From contig OX597815.1 of assembly GCA_951406725.2 (NCBI GenBank), positions 35,774,001 to 35,838,000 of the forward strand: a DNA stretch of 64,000 nucleotides, read 5' to 3'. The position numbers and the translations under genes were made by a program. Below the pieces are notes generated by a model, which worked only from the letters and a program-made list of their open reading frames with translations, searched no databases and was not told the DNA's origin. This DNA comes from Octopus vulgaris. Its lineage: Eukaryota. Shown piece by piece: positions 38,799 to 50,490 of the stretch (position 1 is its first letter; each line of letters starts with the position of its first letter).

Positions 38799-39557
38799 TT
38801 AATGGCTAGGTATTTCGGGGCCGTTGTAATCAGACTCGTCGCACCAAAAGTCAGGCGGCTGTTGAATTTGAACCAGCCATGATATTTTCTGAGAACTCTC
38901 CTCTGGTTGACTGAGTGGTCTAGGTGGCGAATGCCCCTTGGTTATTTCGTAATAATTACATCTCCTATCAGAGTCCGTATCGTAGGGCGGGGCCAGGATA
39001 TCAAGGAAGGCCGCGGGTCCACCATCGGGTCGAACTTCGTGAAGGTTACCTTTTGTAGGTGACAACACACAGCAATCATCGTTCACGGATGCTTTCTTTT
39101 TGGGTACCTCCAAAAATGGTTTTGGTGTCCTGTCGTAATCTCTGAGAAATTTCTTAAATTCATTATTGAAGCTAGTAGCTGTAGTGGAAGCGGAAGAGGT
39201 AGGTTGTTCTGAAGAAACGGGTACTTCATCAAATGATTCGAGAGACAGAGTTCCATGGATGACTTTAATTATTCCAAACATACCTGGGTGGTCATGTAAA
39301 GGAATCCGGCTGTTTTCTTTCAAGACAAATATCCCCATACTGTACACTTCGTCTTCAAAAATATGAATGTATGTGACCGGAGCATTATTGTTTTTGCTTC
39401 TTTCGGTTAAAGCTGGGTTAAAGTTAAGATCCCTTCCTCTTACTTGGTTCATTAATTTAACAAGTTCGTTCAGCTTTTCCTGGAACAGGGGCTCCTTCAG
39501 ACTGCCAGAAAAGGCCCTACGAGCAGCTTTACTGACCTCTTGAATCAGTAACGCCAT
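38799..39557 (-). CDS. ADO: 2-aminoethanethiol (cysteamine) dioxygenase, PCO/ADO thiol dioxygenase family; intronless, 252 aa
   Basis: APVTYIHIFE, MGIFVL..IPLHDHPGM.G.IKV.HG (His-His of the iron triad), P..GNLHE (third His), AAFLDILAPPY and RRCNYY (Cys-x-Tyr) are hallmark ADO motifs. Uninterrupted ORF. Confidence 0.95.
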   Translation of the reverse strand: MALLIQEVSKAARRAFSGSLKEPLFQEKLNELVKLMNQVRGRDLNFNPALTERSKNNNAPVTYIHIFEDEVYSMGIFVLKENSRIPLHDHPGMFGIIKVIHGTLSLESFDEVPVSSEQPTSSASTTATSFNNEFKKFLRDYDRTPKPFLEVPKKKASVNDDCCVLSPTKGNLHEVRPDGGPAAFLDILAPPYDTDSDRRCNYYEITKGHSPPRPLSQPEESSQKISWLVQIQQPPDFWCDESDYNGPEIPSH

Positions 39558-39750
39558 TCTAACAATCGGACTGCGTTGGCGCCAACAACAAATCTGGATT
39601 AGTTACGTCGGAGAGAAACCAGTACGTCTGTGACTATCAATATTAATAATGGCAGTCACGTAGACCAGCTTAGGGGAGGTAATACGGTGAAACTTGAAAA
39701 AAGAACACTGTGTAAGTTAAGTCCCTTAGTTCTATCCTCTCTCACTCCCC

Positions 39751-39809
<59 letters not shown>

Positions 39810-39812
<3 letters not shown>

Positions 39813-40486
39813 TCTCTTTACTCTTTTACTCTTTCACTTGTTTCAGTTATTTGACTGCGGCCATGTTGGGGCACCGCCTTTAGTCGAGCAAATCGACCCC
39901 GGGACTTATTCTTTGTAAGCCCAGTACTTATTCTATCGGTCTCTTTTGCCGAACCGCTAGTTTACGGGGACGTAAACACACCAGCATCAGTTGTCAAGCA
40001 ATGCTAGGGGACAAACACAAACACACAAACATATACACACACACTTATATATATATATATATATACATATATACGACAGGCTTCTTTCAGTTTCCGTCTT
40101 CCAAATCCACTCACAAGGCATTGGTCGGCCCGGGGCTATAGCAGAAGACACTTGCCACGCAGTGGGACTGAACCCGGAACCATGTGGTTGGTTAGCAAGC
40201 TACTATATATATATATTTATTAATAATTATATATGTATTTATTAATAATTATATATATATATATATATATATCTTTTACTCTCTTTTACTTGTTTTAGTC
40301 ATGTGACTGTGGCCATGCTGGAGCACTGCCTTTAGTCGAGCAAATCAACCCCAGGACTTATTCTTTGTAAGCCTAGTACTTATTCTATCGGTCTCTTTTG
40401 CCGAACCGCTAGTTTACGGGGACGTAAACACACCAGCATCAGTCGTCAAGCGACGTTGGGAGGACGAACACAGACACACAAACATG

Positions 40487-40563
<77 letters not shown>

Positions 40564-40703
40564 ACGACAGGCTTCTTTCAGTTTCCGTCTACTAAATCCA
40601 CTCACAAGGTTTTGGTCGGTTCGAGGCTATAGTAGAAAGCACTTTCTCAAGGTGTCATGCAGTGGGACTGAACCCAGAACCATGTGGTTCGTAAGCAAGC
40701 TAC
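39810..40703 (-). mobile_element. Two tandem SINE family A copies (39810-40204, 40272-40703) immediately upstream of ADO
   Basis: Both match family A in reverse and both are truncated in the tRNA head at ...gcaagctac. Confidence 0.88.
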
Positions 40704-42880
40704 TTTATTTCATAAATATTTGCCATGAAGGCATTACAAAGAAGGGACGAACAAGAACAGACAAACATAAAAGAGTGAAGTAGCTGTAGCGATTAAATAT
40801 TTACAATTTAATAAATATGTTTATAACTTTTGACTTAAGCGTTGCTCATTACAAATGAGATTTGTAATGGCTTCTCTGAAGGATAGGCATCCGACCACCA
40901 AGGTAGACCCCTTGCTTTTCCTTTCCTGCTTTTGGCTTCCACTTACCTGGTGCCAAACACTCCCAGCTTCCTCGCCACAGGCTTCCATCTTCTCATGAAT
41001 CTGTCTCGTGACAGGTACCTTTTCTCCAGCCTGATCTTATTACTAAGGTGGTAACTAAAAAAGTTAACCAACCCCTGGCCGGATTGAAAGGTGCCCGACA
41101 CTATGCCTCTCACACGCGTCTTCCATGCTGTTTCTTTCAGTATGGCTGCTACGCAGAAAAAGCAAGCCTTCCTTTCCCTGTTAAGGGAAGGAGTCGGCAC
41201 AATCTCGATGATAGATTCAGCTGATAGCTGTCCTCTTCCCATCGATGACAACAGTTGCTCTGCGAAAACTATCAGTCTCGTTCATTCCGGACACTCCACA
41301 AATGCGTGCAAGACGGTTTCCCTGTCCTACCCGCACCTCGGACATGTCGGCGAGACGGCACTTTCGTGCCTTGACAGTTTATCACGAACGGGTAACGCCG
41401 CACGGAAGCACTGCCAAGCCAGAGATTTCTGGTAATTGTCCATATACCCCGGCCCGAAAGTTCTCCGGAACAGGTTAATCAACTGATTTTCATCATAGCC
41501 CAGGGTCTCCCCCAAGGCATCTTCGGACTTAACCTCCACTAACCCACTATAGAAATCCGCGGTGGAACTCCTATTGCCGGCATTGGCCGCCCGAAAGAGT
41601 AGCTGAGGTGCCTGGTGGCACTCCAATTGCCAGTCCCTCAGCCTAGGTCTCTGCTTGATCCAATTACCTATGTCCGTTAAGGTCGTTAATTGCGGGAGGT
41701 AGAACCGAACGTGTGGTGACCACACCTGCTCTCCATCCAGGTAAAGCCAGAGGTGCTTCAACCTTAACGCGAATTTTCGCATCCTTAGCCCACCCTTTAG
41801 CGGTTTCTGGCAGCAGACAGAGCGCTTCACGAGTGGCTTTCCTCCCTTCCACAAAAAGCGGAAAAGGATTCTCTCCAACTTGTTCAGCCACAAATCGGGG
41901 CAAGGCACCACGGTCAGACGGTAGGTGATAACCGATGCCATAATCATCTGCACCACCTCCGCCTTTCCTAGCAAGGATAACGCCCGCCCAGACCAGGTCT
42001 GGGTTAGAGCACTCACCTTGCTGGCCACCTCCCTCCAATTTTTCTCGATCCGGAGGTCTGGCCCGAACCAGACTCCGAGAAGCTTAACAGGACCTTCCGT
42101 CCAACGCCCCACGACGTTATTGGACGGCATCGGCTTGCCCCTCCAGGTGCCGAGCTGCAAACCAATTTACTTGTCCTTGTTAACCTTTGCTCCTGCTACC
42201 GCCTCGTAACTTTTGATAGCCTCTTCCACCACTGGAAGCTGGCCCTCATCCGCCACGATGATGGAGATGTCATCCGCATACGCCGTAGCTCCTCTTCCAC
42301 ACCATAGATCATGCGGTGCGCCCCCTAGTGCCTCCAACTTCCGCAATAATGGCTCGAGAGCCAGTACATACAAGAGCGGGGACAGGAGACACCCCTGACG
42401 CACTGAGCGCTCGATCCTGAATGGCTTCGAAAGGAAACCATTCACTTTTACGACGGACTCGATGTCGCTGTACAACGCAGCAATCCAACCACGGAAGATC
42501 GGGCCCAGGTCAGCCTTCTCGAGGACCGCCGCCAAGTACCGATGGTCGACCCTATCGAATGCCTTAGACTGGTCTAAATGTACCAGCGCCCCCCACCCGT
42601 GCCAGAAAGCTTCCCCACCCTCTCAAAGGAGTAGCGTATAAGTTGGAGATTGTCGTGGATCGTCCTGTCCGGGATAGCGCACGTTTGCGCTTCCCCAAGT
42701 TTGTCCACGACCCGCGCCAACCTTTTTGCTAGCACCTTGGCCAAAATCTGTAACTCTGTGTTCAGCAGAGTTATGGGCCTGAAGTTCCCCATCTCGTTCC
42801 CCTTGCTCTGGTCCTTCCTGATCAACGTCACCACCCCCGGCTCGCAGACTTGGGAATTCTCCCATTCTGCTGCCAATTGG
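40704..42880 (-). mobile_element. 5'-truncated Tx1/L1-clade LINE ORF2 pseudogene
   Basis: RPITLLN..QILAKVLAKRL, SVRQGCLLSPLLY, YADD, FLWKG, CQKPLKGGL and zf-RVT CPRCG, with frameshifts. A-rich 3' tail at ~40704. Confidence 0.9.
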
Positions 42881-42954
42881 CGTAGACGCCAATCATATGT
42901 GTGGTAACCACATTCAGTTAAAATGGCTTATTGATGTGTTTTGTTTCTTTTTTT

Positions 42955-43039
42955 CCCCTGACGAGATGATTGTATTGTTTTACATCATTTTATTCCCTCC
43001 GGAATAATATCAATGTTTTCTTCGAAACATATGTCGGAA
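42955..43039 (+). ncRNA. Hammerhead-like motif with enlarged branched stem II
   Basis: cc-CTGACGA-G...C-GAAAC-ATAT-GTC-gg. Palindromic ACATATGT stem III as in minimal Penelope hammerheads. Stem I is short. Confidence 0.4.
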
Positions 43040-43131
43040 GTATAAAGATTTGAATAACACCTGCATTTAACCCCATTTCTTACTTTATATACATACATAC
43101 ATACATATATACATACATACATACATACATA

Positions 43132-43176
<45 letters not shown>

Positions 43177-43256
43177 TTGTATGTATGTATATATGTATAT
43201 ATATATATATATGTATGTATATATATATATATATGTATATATGTACATATACATGC

Positions 43257-43302
<46 letters not shown>

Positions 43303-43323
43303 ATATATATATATATACATTTG

Positions 43324-43355
<32 letters not shown>

Positions 43356-43434
43356 TATACATACATGCATATATATATATACATTCATAAATGCATACAT
43401 ACATACATACATGCATAAATACTTACATACGTAA

Positions 43435-45872
43435 GAAAAACGTCATCAATTTTTTAACGAATCAAAATCAGATCTGACCCATAACTGTATCCTGTAAGGT
43501 GGCTAACCAAGCAGAACGACAAGTTTGACCACGGAAGAAAAACGTCATCAATTTTTTAACGAATCAAAATCAGATCTGACCCATAACTGTATCTTGTAAG
43601 GAAACCAACCAAGCAGGACGACAAGTTTGACCACGGAGGTAAAACGTCATCAATTTTTTGACGAATCAAAATCAGATCTGCTCGCAGAGAAAAAATCTTT
43701 TTATAAATTCATCCTTCCCTAAGACTTACCACTGCTAGCGGGAGTGACTGTTTAAGGATCTGAGAAATTGTAATTCCCCCACCTCCACTATTTTAATTCT
43801 CTCACTGTGGCCGTAGCAGCAGTAGTAGCAGTAGGGGGCTGTTGATCGTTGCAGTAATGGTAGTGACCACGATGGTTGCAGTCGTAGTGGCTGTGGTAGA
43901 ATTTCGTTCTTTTTTTTTCGGAAGACCAATGTTTTGTTTTAATATTCCTGGCCCAGGGTGTTCAAACTTGGTCTAAATTTTTTGATGAAATAAAGTTCTT
44001 TATTTTGGCGTTGAGTGAAGGTTACGCTGTCACTGAATTTGTAAAGTGGGTAAGTTGTAAATTTCGGATTTTCATTTGCAGCACATCTATCTATGTATCC
44101 GCTGACCGGTATTTTCCGGTATTCAGGGTTTCTAATTTGTGATTTATGCACCACCATCCTTTTACGTAAGCTATTTTTTGTATGGCCTATATATTGCTTA
44201 TTGCAGCCTGCGCATGCTAAGACGTAAATTAAGTTTTCTGATGCACAGGTGAAGTTTGTTCTAATGGTGAACTGATGGCCTTGTTCTAGTATAAATTCTG
44301 AACCTTCTACCTAGATGACACAGATTCCGCAGTTGGGCCTTCCACATTTTCTAACTGCTGGTTTTGTGGTTGATGTTGAGTGCAGTTTAGTTTGCGTTAA
44401 AATTCTTTTCAAGGATTTTGGTTGCCGTTTACTTTTAATGATGGTGTGTGTTTCGAGGATCCTGTTCATCTTTGGGTCTCCCTTTAGTAGGGATGTGCTT
44501 TGTAGTATGGTGCTGAAGGCCTCATTGTTAAGTGGGTTGTGTGTAGAGATGTAGGGAAGGGTTTTTAATTGTTCTTTCTTTTTTGGTTTTGTTTGTCTCA
44601 GGTCTTCTATACTTAATTTAAGTGCCCGTTGGATTGTACTGTCTATTAGGGGCTGTGGATAGTTTCTATTTCTGAGTGTGGTTCTAAGTTCCTGGAGACG
44701 TGTGTGTCGGGTGTTTGTGTCTGATATTATGGTGCAAATCCTTCTAGCTAAACAAAAAGGGACATTTATTCTAGTGTGTCGTGGGTGGCATGAATCAAAG
44801 GGTAGGTACTGTTTGGAGTCTGTCGGTTTATAATAGATATCTGTCTCTATTTTGTTGCCGGTTTTCTTAATGAGGATGTCTAAAAATGGTAATTCTTCTT
44901 CGTTATGATCCATCGTGAATTGTATATTATCATTTATTCCATTTAATAGTATTTTAAATTCCTCAAGTTTCTCTATACTTTTATTCCAGAGGATAAAACA
45001 GTCGTCGAGGTATCTTTTCCAGTTGTTCTGGATATAGGTGGAGAAGGTGTTTCCATATTTCTCGAGTGTTATCTGGTAGAGTATTTTCTCGAGGTATCCC
45101 ATCACTAGTTTGGCAAAAGAAGGCGCAGTACGCGTGCCCATCGCTGTTCCCGATCTTTGTCTGTAGAAATTATTGTAAAAAATAACGTAATTGTTTTCTA
45201 AAATAAATCTAAGTCCTTCTATTATAAGATCTTTGTTTATGCGAGTTGGGAGTTCAAAGTTCTGCTTGGTTAGCCACCTTACAGGATACAGTTATGGGTC
45301 AGATCTGATTTTGATTCGTTAAAAAATTGATGACGTTTTTCTTCCGTGCTCAAGCTTGTCGTTCTGCTTGGTTGGTTTCCTAACAGGATACAGTTATGGG
45401 TCTTTTCCTTATATTCGTTGAAGCTTGGTTTTGATTGGTTTGGAATTATATGACGTCAGTGAACAGTGCCAGAGAACCGACCACTGTTGTTACCACAATC
45501 AACAGCCCTTTACTACGGCTACTGCTGCTGTCACAGCCACAGCTTAGCTGATATAACCCCAACCACCACCAAGGTTACCAAAATTACGACCAACAGACGA
45601 CGACCAAGAATCACTACATTGGAACACAAGGTAAAATCTGTAATAAACTTCTCCACTACACTCGACAAAACAGCAAGGAACGACTATGGATTTTTTTATT
45701 ATACTCTTTATAATATATTTGATAAGGTTCGTCTTTTCAAGAACATGGATTCTATTGAATGTATATAGCATGGATTCTATTGAATGTATGTAACAATTAT
45801 GAACTGTTCCATTATACTTTTTATAATAATTTTTTTTGATAAGGTTCGTTTTTTCAAGAACCGAAACATGTA
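43435..45872 (-). mobile_element. Penelope-like retroelement, 5'-truncated: RT plus GIY-YIG endonuclease, flanked by inverted pseudo-LTR segments
   Basis: GTAMGT..APSFA, RYLDD, LPFLDI and YYKPT...SCHP. After a TAG at 44311-44313 the same frame continues FTCASENLIYVLAC.GC.KQYIG..RKR. ~108-bp tandem units at 43435-43680 are inverted at 45259-45402. Degenerate hammerhead ttgataaggttc..gaaccgaaac at ~45836-45870. Confidence 0.92.
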
Positions 45873-45922
45873 AAATTAAAATTTATCTAATATAGTGGCG
45901 TTTTCAAACTTCTTTTTTACAA

Positions 45923-46011
<89 letters not shown>

Positions 46012-46028
46012 AACAAATATATACATAC

Positions 46029-46083
<55 letters not shown>

Positions 46084-46169
46084 CACACACACACATATAC
46101 CTACATACATATATATATGTATTTGCATATATTGCATATATACATACACATACATAACGGCAGATACAA

Positions 46170-47690
46170 AAACAGAGGCAGTGATGATTGATAACATCAA
46201 TATAAAAGAAGACGATGTAATAAGGGCTATAGATGAAAGGAACTCGAATTCAGTTACTGGCTCTGATGGATTCACAGCAATCCTTCTAGAAGCATGTAAG
46301 CGAGTCCTAACAAGACCACCACTGACCCTCTTCCAGAGCTTCTTTGCAACCAGCAAACTTCCAGGCAAGCCCAATGAGGTAAAATATGCCCTATTCATAA
46401 AGGAGGTAGCAGAGCAGAGGCCAAAAGCTACAGACCTACCTTTCTAACCTTGCACATCAGAAAGTCATGGAACGAATAGTCAGAAGAAAACTAATCACCT
46501 TCATTGAGGAAAATGACTTGCTGACTGACACCCAACATGGTTTCCAACCAGGAAGAAGCAGTCTGATTCAACTTTTACGACACTGACTAAGTGTTGAAAC
46601 AGCTGCTCAACCACTCAAATCTGGATGTGATATATCTCAACCTTGCAAAGGCTTTCAATAAAGTTGATCATGGAATGATATATCGAAAAAATCCGTGATC
46701 TCGGCATAGTTGGAAATTAGGAGATTGGCCGCATGACTCTCTGAAGGATAAAAGTCAGGTGGTAGTAGCCAATGGGACTACCTCAAATGACATACAAATA
46801 GTGAGCAGTGTTCCGCAAGGCACTGTTTTGGGACCACCACTATTCATAATGACCCTCTCAGATATGTCTTCATCCACACAGAGAGCCACGATCACAAGTT
46901 ATGCAGATGATACAAAAGTCTCACAGGTGATACAGAACCCTGAAGATGCTATGCACCTGCAATGTGAGTTAGATGAAATATACAAGTGGGCTGAGAAGAA
47001 TAGCATGCAGTTTAATGCTGAAAAGTTTCAAGCCTAATGCTATCAGCATGCAAAACTAAATGCAATACCAATTAAATGCACTGGACCTGGAGGGATTGCA
47101 ATCCCAGAGACACTGTCAGTGCGAGACCTGGGCATTTACATGAATAATGATGCATCCTTCCATGTGCATCTTGCTAAGTTGGCAATGAAATGCAAGTGGC
47201 TGACCGAATGGATTCTTAGAACTTTTAGAACGAGAGATCTGGAGGAGGACCATCATGGTTATTCTAAACCGCTTTGACTGTTGCTCCCAGCCATGGTCAC
47301 CAACCAGTGTAAAATTAATTGCAAAACTTGAGGCAATCCAACGAAGCTACACGAAGCCATATAAGCCGCTGGGAAAGACTGAAGAGATTGAGACTCTATT
47401 CCCTAGAGGGTAGCGGGGAAAGATATGTCATAATATACATCTGGATGATCCTAGAGGGACTAATCCCAAACTTTGACATCGAGAATCACACTAGTGCTAC
47501 GACAGGGCGTCACAGCATAGTGCCAAAGTCTCCAAATTTGCCATCAAGATATAGGACAAAATATTGCAACAGCCTGGGCTTTAAAGGCCCACAGCTCTTC
47601 AATATCCTTCCGAAGGACCTGAAAGACCTGCATGGGGTGGATGTAGGTGTACTGTCAAGTGTCCCAGATGAACCACCTTCACAGCAGGGG
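46170..47690 (+). mobile_element. Highly degenerate CR1/L2-group LINE RT fragment
   Basis: G.DG, QHGF, VPQGTVLGP.LF, YADDTK and RLRLYSLE, with many stops and frameshifts. Confidence 0.88.
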
Positions 47691-47699
47691 TACTGGCAT

Positions 47700-48298
<599 letters not shown>

Positions 48299-48523
48299 TT
48301 ACATATATACGCATATATATACATATATATATACCTCTATATTCATACACACATATATATACATATATATACATATATATATACACACACACACATATAT
48401 ATATATGTATACATATATATATGCATATACATATATATATATACATATATACACACACACATATATATATATACATACATATATATGCACATATATATAT
48501 ATGCCTATATATATATATATATA

Positions 48524-48760
48524 CGAGGGGCGTTCAATAAGTAATGCTCCTGACCCACTTCCCATAGCAGTAGAGCAATGAAACTTGGCACAGTTATTAG
48601 TCTTTTTCTACATAGGAACCACCCAGAGTTACGCATTTCTCCCATCGTTTGATGCGGCTCTGGAGACTGTTTTTGTAAAAGAACCCAGCTTGGTCCTCCA
48701 ACCTCAACGTGACTTCAGAAATCAAGGCTGCATCATCTGGGAAACGCTTTCCTTTCAAAA
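48524..48760 (-). mobile_element. Mariner 3' terminal fragment
   Basis: TA|CGAGGGGCGTTCAATAAG TIR. The minus strand encodes [35 protein letters not shown], a mariner C-terminus. Confidence 0.85.
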
Positions 48761-48769
48761 ACAACCAGC

Positions 48770-49805
48770 ATGTCTGGTAAAAAGTGACAGGTCCTTTGTT
48801 TACTGGGAGATTAATGAGACCTTTCTGGCCTTGTGCGGTCGATTGGAGGTCGTTCTAGACACCCCTTAAAGATAGAGTAAGAGCAGAGGGCAAATAGAAA
48901 GGCTATAAGCAGTAAGGGACAGATTGAGGATAGAGATAGGCAGTAAGGGAATCTGAGAGCAGATAGAGAGGGTAATAGGCAGCAGGCGATAGAGATAGAG
49001 TAGGGGATCAGAGGGCAGTTAGAGAGGGTATGAGCGGTAGAAACAGAGGGAGATGAGGGAGTGGAAGTCAGGACAAGGAAGTGAGGTTTTGGCAGTCGGT
49101 GAGCGGTCATCGAAGAACACAGACGGATCTTGCGGTCGCTGGCCGGTCCTCGAAGAAGACAGTCGGATCCTGGAAGTCAGAGCGAGTAGATGGAATCTTA
49201 GAAGCGTTGGAATTTTAGGAGCAAGTTGGATGCGAGAAAGCTTGGCGGCACAGAAGGGATATGTACAGAGGATTTAGCAGTATTGAGAGGAATGGGACAC
49301 TGGCAGATTCAATTAGGAATTGAGGTATGTGTTTGTGCATTGATATGTGTCACGGTGTATTGAACAGTGAAAAGAACAGTCAAGGACTCTGTCGATGTAG
49401 TCGATAAAGAACATTGTGAATTGAAGAGTAAAGGACTTGTTGATGTGACGTTATCTGTGATGTGTACCTTTGAAATACTGTATATGACTTGTTGTGTCTC
49501 CGGACTGATATATTGTTACATGATGTTGTTAAATGCTTGATCTGTGGTATACCCGTATGATGTATTGATTTGTTGTTTGCCTTAAATGTATTTGATGTGT
49601 AGCAATTGATTGTCATATAAACTGTTGTTAAATATAAGCCAGTGTCTCTGTTGCCTTGCCTCTCTTTGGGTTGTATCTCTCGGGTTGTGCCTCTGTATCT
49701 CTGTGCTGCTGCGGTTGTGGTTGTTGTTGTATCTCTCCTATCTCCCCTCTTTGGGTTCCGTGGCGAACTTGTGCCGTTCGGGCGAGCGACGACGGGTGAT
49801 TCCGT

Positions 49806-49809
<4 letters not shown>
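48770..49809 (+). mobile_element. 5'-eroded LTR related to the 6662-7786 solo LTR
   Basis: Ends ...gggtgattccgtaaCA|atat and is a reverse-complement match to 6662-7700. TATA-like aatataag at 49631. Confidence 0.75.
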
Positions 49810-49824
<15 letters not shown>

Positions 49825-49840
<16 letters not shown>

Positions 49841-50336
49841 TGTAGTTGTGTGAGTGTCTGTCCCCTTCGATTTAGATTCCTAACTACTCCCACATTTTGC
49901 GGTGCAGTTTAACCAAATTCGGGTATCTTATAGTCGTGATTCATATCGAGCCCGTCTGAGTATTAGCGCACGTCTACGATGAGTCTACGATTTTAAAAAT
50001 AATTTAACATCATTTTTTATTCCATTTTAATGCATAATTTTTCGTGTGTCGATGGCGGCGGAGTTGGCGTCCACGGTCACACCTGCACCTGTTTGCTTCT
50101 CCCCTTCTTCCCTCCCTCGTGAAGCTGTGGGGAAGGGAGTGTAAGGAAATCAACGTCGTAAAGCGTTGTCAAGGAGACCAGCGTTCTTTTAGAACAACGA
50201 CTTCATGGCTTGAAGACACCAAAACAGAAATGGCTAAGAAAGCCCGAATTGGCATCTTTAAGGGAAGTAACTCTCTAAAAATGCTTATATAGTTATTTCC
50301 CTTACAAACCCGAGCAACGCCGGGCGATACTGCTTG
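49825..50336 (+). mobile_element. Non-autonomous Helitron-like element sharing family E termini but with a different interior
   Basis: tatataaaactgtagttgt start and cccgagcaacgccgggcgatactgcttg end. Confidence 0.65.
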
Positions 50337-50354
50337 TATATATATATTTATATT

Positions 50355-50490
50355 TTTTTTCTCTCCTTGTTTTTTCTGTGTGCCTTTCTGTAGAAGAGTG
50401 TAGGCTCGAAACGTAAAAGCCTTTTTCTATTCCTGAGCGTTATACTAATACATCTGTTTGTTTTGTACACCACCCATCTTCGTCATATGT
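50355..50490 (+). mobile_element. Short Penelope-derived repeat carrying a variant hammerhead motif (50384-50419)
   Basis: CTTT-CTGTAGAA-GAGT-GTAG-GCTC-GAAAC-GTA-AAAG. Same family as 61950-62160. Confidence 0.55.

Noticed and set aside
43435-43680. Regularly spaced direct repeats resembling a CRISPR array
   Set aside because: Whole ~108-bp units repeat with no unique spacers, the context is eukaryotic, and they belong to the Penelope pLTR.
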